NCBI GenBank assembly: GCA_000320545.1
Contig: ADNK01000241.1
Coordinates: 1-64,000, forward strand
Reading direction: 5' to 3'
DNA length: 64,000 nt
Source of the DNA: Bigelowiella natans CCMP2755
Lineage: Eukaryota > Protista > Cercozoa
The position numbers and the translations under genes were made by a program. Positions 59,646-64,000 of the stretch are shown here, one piece after another. The notes below the pieces were generated by a model. It was not told the DNA's origin. It searched no databases and saw only the letters and a list, made by a program, of their open reading frames with translations. Positions within the stretch are counted from its first letter, which is position 1; every line of letters starts with the position of its first letter.

Positions 59646-60494
59646 GCAATGGTTACATCCACCCAGTTCCTGGAATATTTGTAAACTTCGAAAGCCGGTA
59701 ATTTATCTCTTCTGCAGCACGGGCTGAAGACAGTACAGACTCATCGGAGAAAGAATGAGTTTTTACAATTAGAAATGGAAAAACCATGATCGATTGCCCC
59801 CCGCCCCCCAACACACACACAGGCAGGAATCCAGCACGGGTTTCATAGAAACGCACAGCTCATTAGCATGCTTCCCGAATTTAAGTGTAAAGGTAATGGA
59901 TCCAACGATATTAGGCGTTCGTTGTCGAGTGTTTCTTTACATCAATGCATCATTGTGGAAAGAGTTCACACATCGAGCGATATCTAAGCAGAAGCTTCAT
60001 AGCGGTCATCGGATGATTGAATTGCACATTTCTCTACTGATACTTGATCACTTCCCAATCCCCCTCCCCCTCCCCCATCCCACTCAGGAAAGCAATGTGA
60101 GCAGAAGTGCATGGTCTGCTTCGAGAATTACGAGGAGGGAGAGTCGTTGCGGGCACTCCCTTGCATGCATACGTTCCACAGGAAATGCATTGACAAGTGG
60201 CTTCGTCTATCTAAGAAGGTGTGCTTTGAGATGGAGCATGAGGAGGAGGAAGAGGAGGAGGAGGAGGAGGAGGAGGAGGAGGAGGAGGAGAAGAGGGGGG
60301 GGGGAGGGGAGGTTGGGAATGGAAATATTTACGTGAATAAAATAGCGAAGCATATGTGTTGTGCGTTTGCATGCGCGTGCTATTTCAAGAACCAGTATTG
60401 AATTGTTGGCACATCATCTCACCCTCCCTCCCTCCCTCCCTAGTGTCCTATTTGCAACCGGAGAGTCGACGAAGCAATGGCTTCCATACAATGA
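53684..60494 (+). CDS. Multi-exon protein: PTEN/tensin-like pseudophosphatase, PTEN-type C2, two UIM-like helices and a RING-H2 E3 domain
   Basis: Phosphatase-like: [17 protein letters not shown]|[19 protein letters not shown]|[15 protein letters not shown]2: [11 protein letters not shown]...[10 protein letters not shown]...LLFK|VQIY...[29 protein letters not shown]-like: [12 protein letters not shown] and [11 protein letters not shown]. Then YEQLLELD and the [36 protein letters not shown]...|CPIC. Linker exon phases at about 57000-58700 are not uniquely resolved. Confidence 0.72.
56840..56900. repeat. (GTC)n trinucleotide microsatellite in an intron
   Basis: About 20 tandem GTC units. Confidence 0.95.
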
Positions 60495-60611
60495 TTATAT
60501 TCATTGATAGAGCAGCACCAAGACGAAGGACTAGATAAGCAAAAATTGCAGACAAAAGCGCGTTCCCGCTGCCCTGTTACAAGGGTCAAGGGTGCGGTTA
60601 TATGGGCACTA

Positions 60612-60652
<41 letters not shown>

Positions 60653-60815
60653 TCTGCTCCTCTCAGTCTTCAACTCACCGTCGGCCTCTTAGCGGGGATG
60701 GATGATGATGAAGATTATGATGATGAGGATGTGGCAGATAATATTACCACGGGCCCATGTTAGTGTTGATACAAATATTATGTAAGATATATCATCTACA
60801 TGTAAACACACACAG

Positions 60816-60847
<32 letters not shown>

Positions 60848-60857
60848 TATATATTAT

Positions 60858-60896
<39 letters not shown>

Positions 60897-60949
60897 CCCT
60901 CACTATTTATACATCCCCTCCCCCCCCTCCCCCTCTAGACCTCCCCTTT

Positions 60950-61780
60950 CCCTCGCATCGCTGTACGATTTTATTGAAAAGAAAACGTAAAAGAAATGTC
61001 ACGCCTTGTTTACTATGACTGCCTGATTAAGACTCCCAGAATGCAATGACATTGCAATTATCAATGCTCGCTCTCATCGACTAATGGGCGCTTCTGGTTC
61101 ATGCATTGCAAGCAATTCAAAAGCATAAGTGTAAGCGGTGCTGCTAGGCTGGCGTGGTCAATGCGAACTAACGAGCAAAGAACGTGTGAGTATGCGTGCG
61201 CAGCACAGCAACTATGCTAGCATGGATGCATTGTAAATAAGACACAATTATTGCACATTGAAACAACTCATGCAACATGTGGAAAATAAAGTTTGATATT
61301 TGCTTGCCTATATTTCGCTGCATGCTAGCATGGCCGATATGATAATGTGCATGACGACCCAATCTAGCAATGAAAGTCAACCTTTAGATTCATTCTCATC
61401 TACACGGCGTCAAATTCCTTGTGCAATCTAGCTAGCTAGCAATGTATTCAAATGATTCAGTCTAGCAGTGTTGTGCAGCTCGTCACTCTTTGATCGAAAT
61501 CCATGTCGATTTGCACAGCATCTCAGCACTTGCCTCACTATGACGACCATGCTAGCATGGAGATTCTCTTTCTAGCTTTCCTTCGACGGCATAATATTGC
61601 GTGGCTGTTTTGGTCGTCACAAATATATAAGGACAATGACATCGTCTGAGGCGAATTGATGCAATTGCATTGCTAGAGTCTCACATGCATAGCTAGCGCT
61701 CCCAGATTGCTCTGCAGAGTTATTCTCAGAATGTGCTCAGCGCATGAACTTGGCTCACAAAGTTACATTGCTCCTTTGGA
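60950..61780. other. CTAG/CATG-palindrome-rich convergent 3' spacer
   Basis: CATGCTAGCATG twice, CTAGCTAGCTAG, AATCTAGCAATG; no microsatellites. Confidence 0.7.
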
Positions 61781-61781
61781 T

Positions 61782-62993
61782 TCAATCAAATCCTAATTTA
61801 TTTCGCCGCATCCCCTTCCGAGAGATATCGGATTTCTTATCCTTCCTCTGCCGTGCGGCATTTCGAGAAGCTTTTCGAGCCTGTACGTTGTAGAATACAG
61901 TTAGGATTAAAATTAAAAATATTATATTGTCTCAAGACTAGAGTAGGTGCTACTTCTTCTGATTTCTCAGAGAAATAAGTGCATACTGCAAGACGACCCA
62001 CCTTCCGCTCCAAAATGAAGTCTTTCTTTGATTTCACAACGACTGTTGTTGTCGATTTCGCGGGGGGGGGGGGGAGTATCTGTGGTTCCCTGGGCCTCAG
62101 ATCCTAACACACAGCCAAAAATGCACACACGCGACGTTCAAGGCAAGGCGCGCCGTGCGAAGCTAACGATGCTAGACATTTTGTACTCACCGCGCCGATA
62201 GGGTCCTCGATTCGATGCTCATGGATGTAAGGAGTCACCCAATGATCGCCTGGGTTAAACACAACATGCCGTCCCCGGTCACAACGATTGGGTGAGATGA
62301 ATAAAAAGAGCGTGGTAGCGAAGGCAGTACCGATTGTCGTCACCGCTACTCGCCATCCCTTCCGCGGACTGAAGAGAGGGAAAATACTCATGATTATATC
62401 AGACGACCAGCAGTTGCGTATGATAAGAACAGATGGCACTGCTTTCAGTGCTATAGGGATATGCTGCCATCATATATGCGTTTGCTGCAAGCCCTTAGGG
62501 TAACAATGATGATATACCATAACATGCTACATCCTACCTTGATAGAAGCAGGGCCATGCGGCTTGTCGCAATATCGACGTCCGCGGACAACACGGAATCA
62601 GCCTTTTCGATGGATATATGATCATTCATCTACGCTTCCAGGGCTACTGTGAACGCTTTCGTTCGTCGTCTCGACGTCGCATGCTGGTGGCAACGGGGAG
62701 GGCTACTTCTCGCATGATGAAAGACACCACATATCTTATTTATCGCTACACAGCAGCACATATCATCACACGCTTGCGGCCATCGGTGAAGGCTCAAAAC
62801 ACTCAGCATTGCGTGCTCTCACCTTGTCCGGGAGCGTAGCGCGAATCAGATGCCCTGGTGCCATCCTGGTGGTGCGACAATACGAGGAAAGGCGACAGTG
62901 ATCTTCGGCAAAATAATAACGGATGCTATCATCATCCCACAGATATAGCGAACCATCACGAAGCAACATAGGATTTTCAACCACACACGCACG

Positions 62994-63029
<36 letters not shown>

Positions 63030-63416
63030 ACACGCTTAGACAACATCTCACACACGCGTACACTCCCCCTTTAATTATCGCATAATTCTTGTCATTGTTG
63101 CCAGCAGTCTATATCGTTCTTGGCATCTAAAACACGTCGTCGTCGGGCAGTGCATCGTTATATTATGATACGACTACTACCAGGGCTGTATAAGAACCTA
63201 AAAACAATGTGAGTACTACGTGACGGAGCTGCTACTTACTGGTCGCATACAATCAATTGGATTCCTCAATTTATGCAACTCCACCCCCCCTCTCCCTCCT
63301 CGTTCATGTAGAATAAGACTCATCAAACCTCAGAGACTGTGGTAATTATAGCGGCGCTTGGGGTCGTGAAGACGTTCTCAATCTGCCAAAGACATTATCC
63401 CATTCATCACAACATC

Positions 63417-63451
<35 letters not shown>

Positions 63452-64000
63452 CGCCAGAACTAATGAGACAACACGATATTGCCCTGGCTACCTCAGCATC
63501 CAGGTACATCGAGGCCAGCACTTTCTGCCTGTAGTTATGATTCACAATCGATCAGTAAGGGAACAAACAGCGGCATGCATACGCATATGCATTGCAGCAA
63601 TGGCAGCCTCGAAGTACCCTGAGTAACATTCTCCCACACTTACCGCTTGATGGCGATGAAGCGAAGCGTATATCTATGCTCACGAATGTCGCTAAATGCT
63701 AGAAGGCCTTCTCTCGCAAACACCCATCCTTTACGTATCTAGATACAGCAGTGGCAGTAGCGGAAGTAGCATCGGAAGAGGGTTAGGATGGGGTGGGAGA
63801 CTTATACTTACAACATAAGCACACAAACACAAACACCACGCATTATACACGGTATAGGGGTATATGAGAAGGGGAGGCTGACCTTGGCATTGGCATGAGT
63901 TTTAAACAGGACATGTTTCTTGATTGTTATTCTTCCCTGGAACAACAACAACGCAGAAACTAACGACGGATATATTATTACGAGATTATTCCGAGTACTA
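61782..64000 (-). CDS. 3' part of a multi-exon gene of unknown function, truncated at the window edge
   Basis: In-phase terminal exons ...IEDPIGA|DLRPREPQILPPPPAKSTTTVVVKSKKDFILERK|ARKASRNAARQRKDKKSDISRKGMRRNKLGFD*. Further GT-AG-flanked exon-like segments continue to about 63940. Confidence 0.6.

Overview
This is eukaryotic nuclear DNA, gene-dense and intron-rich, from a flagellated protist. It carries CFAP74; the short introns and composition suggest a chlorarachniophyte or other SAR lineage, but that is inference only. Manual splicing of GT-AG introns gives eight complete or near-complete genes: a WW-motor-IQ-MyTH4-WW myosin (-), a small voltage-sensor-like 4-TM protein (+), CFAP74 (+), a Rab GTPase with an MGxxxS N-terminal extension (-), a SNF2/BRM-type remodeller (-), prefoldin 1 (+), UTP10/HEATR1 (-), and an apparent PTEN-like pseudophosphatase-C2-UIM-like-RING-H2 fusion (+). 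Two partial genes lie at the window edges. Non-coding DNA falls into three compositional types: repeat-free promoter-proximal DNA, microsatellite-packed gene-body introns, and spacers downstream of gene 3' ends that are rich in CTAG/CATG palindromic words with shared 12-15 bp motifs. The PTEN-RING fusion and the 3' palindrome domains are the best candidates for something undescribed. Exon structures and domain calls are by eye; no database searches were run.
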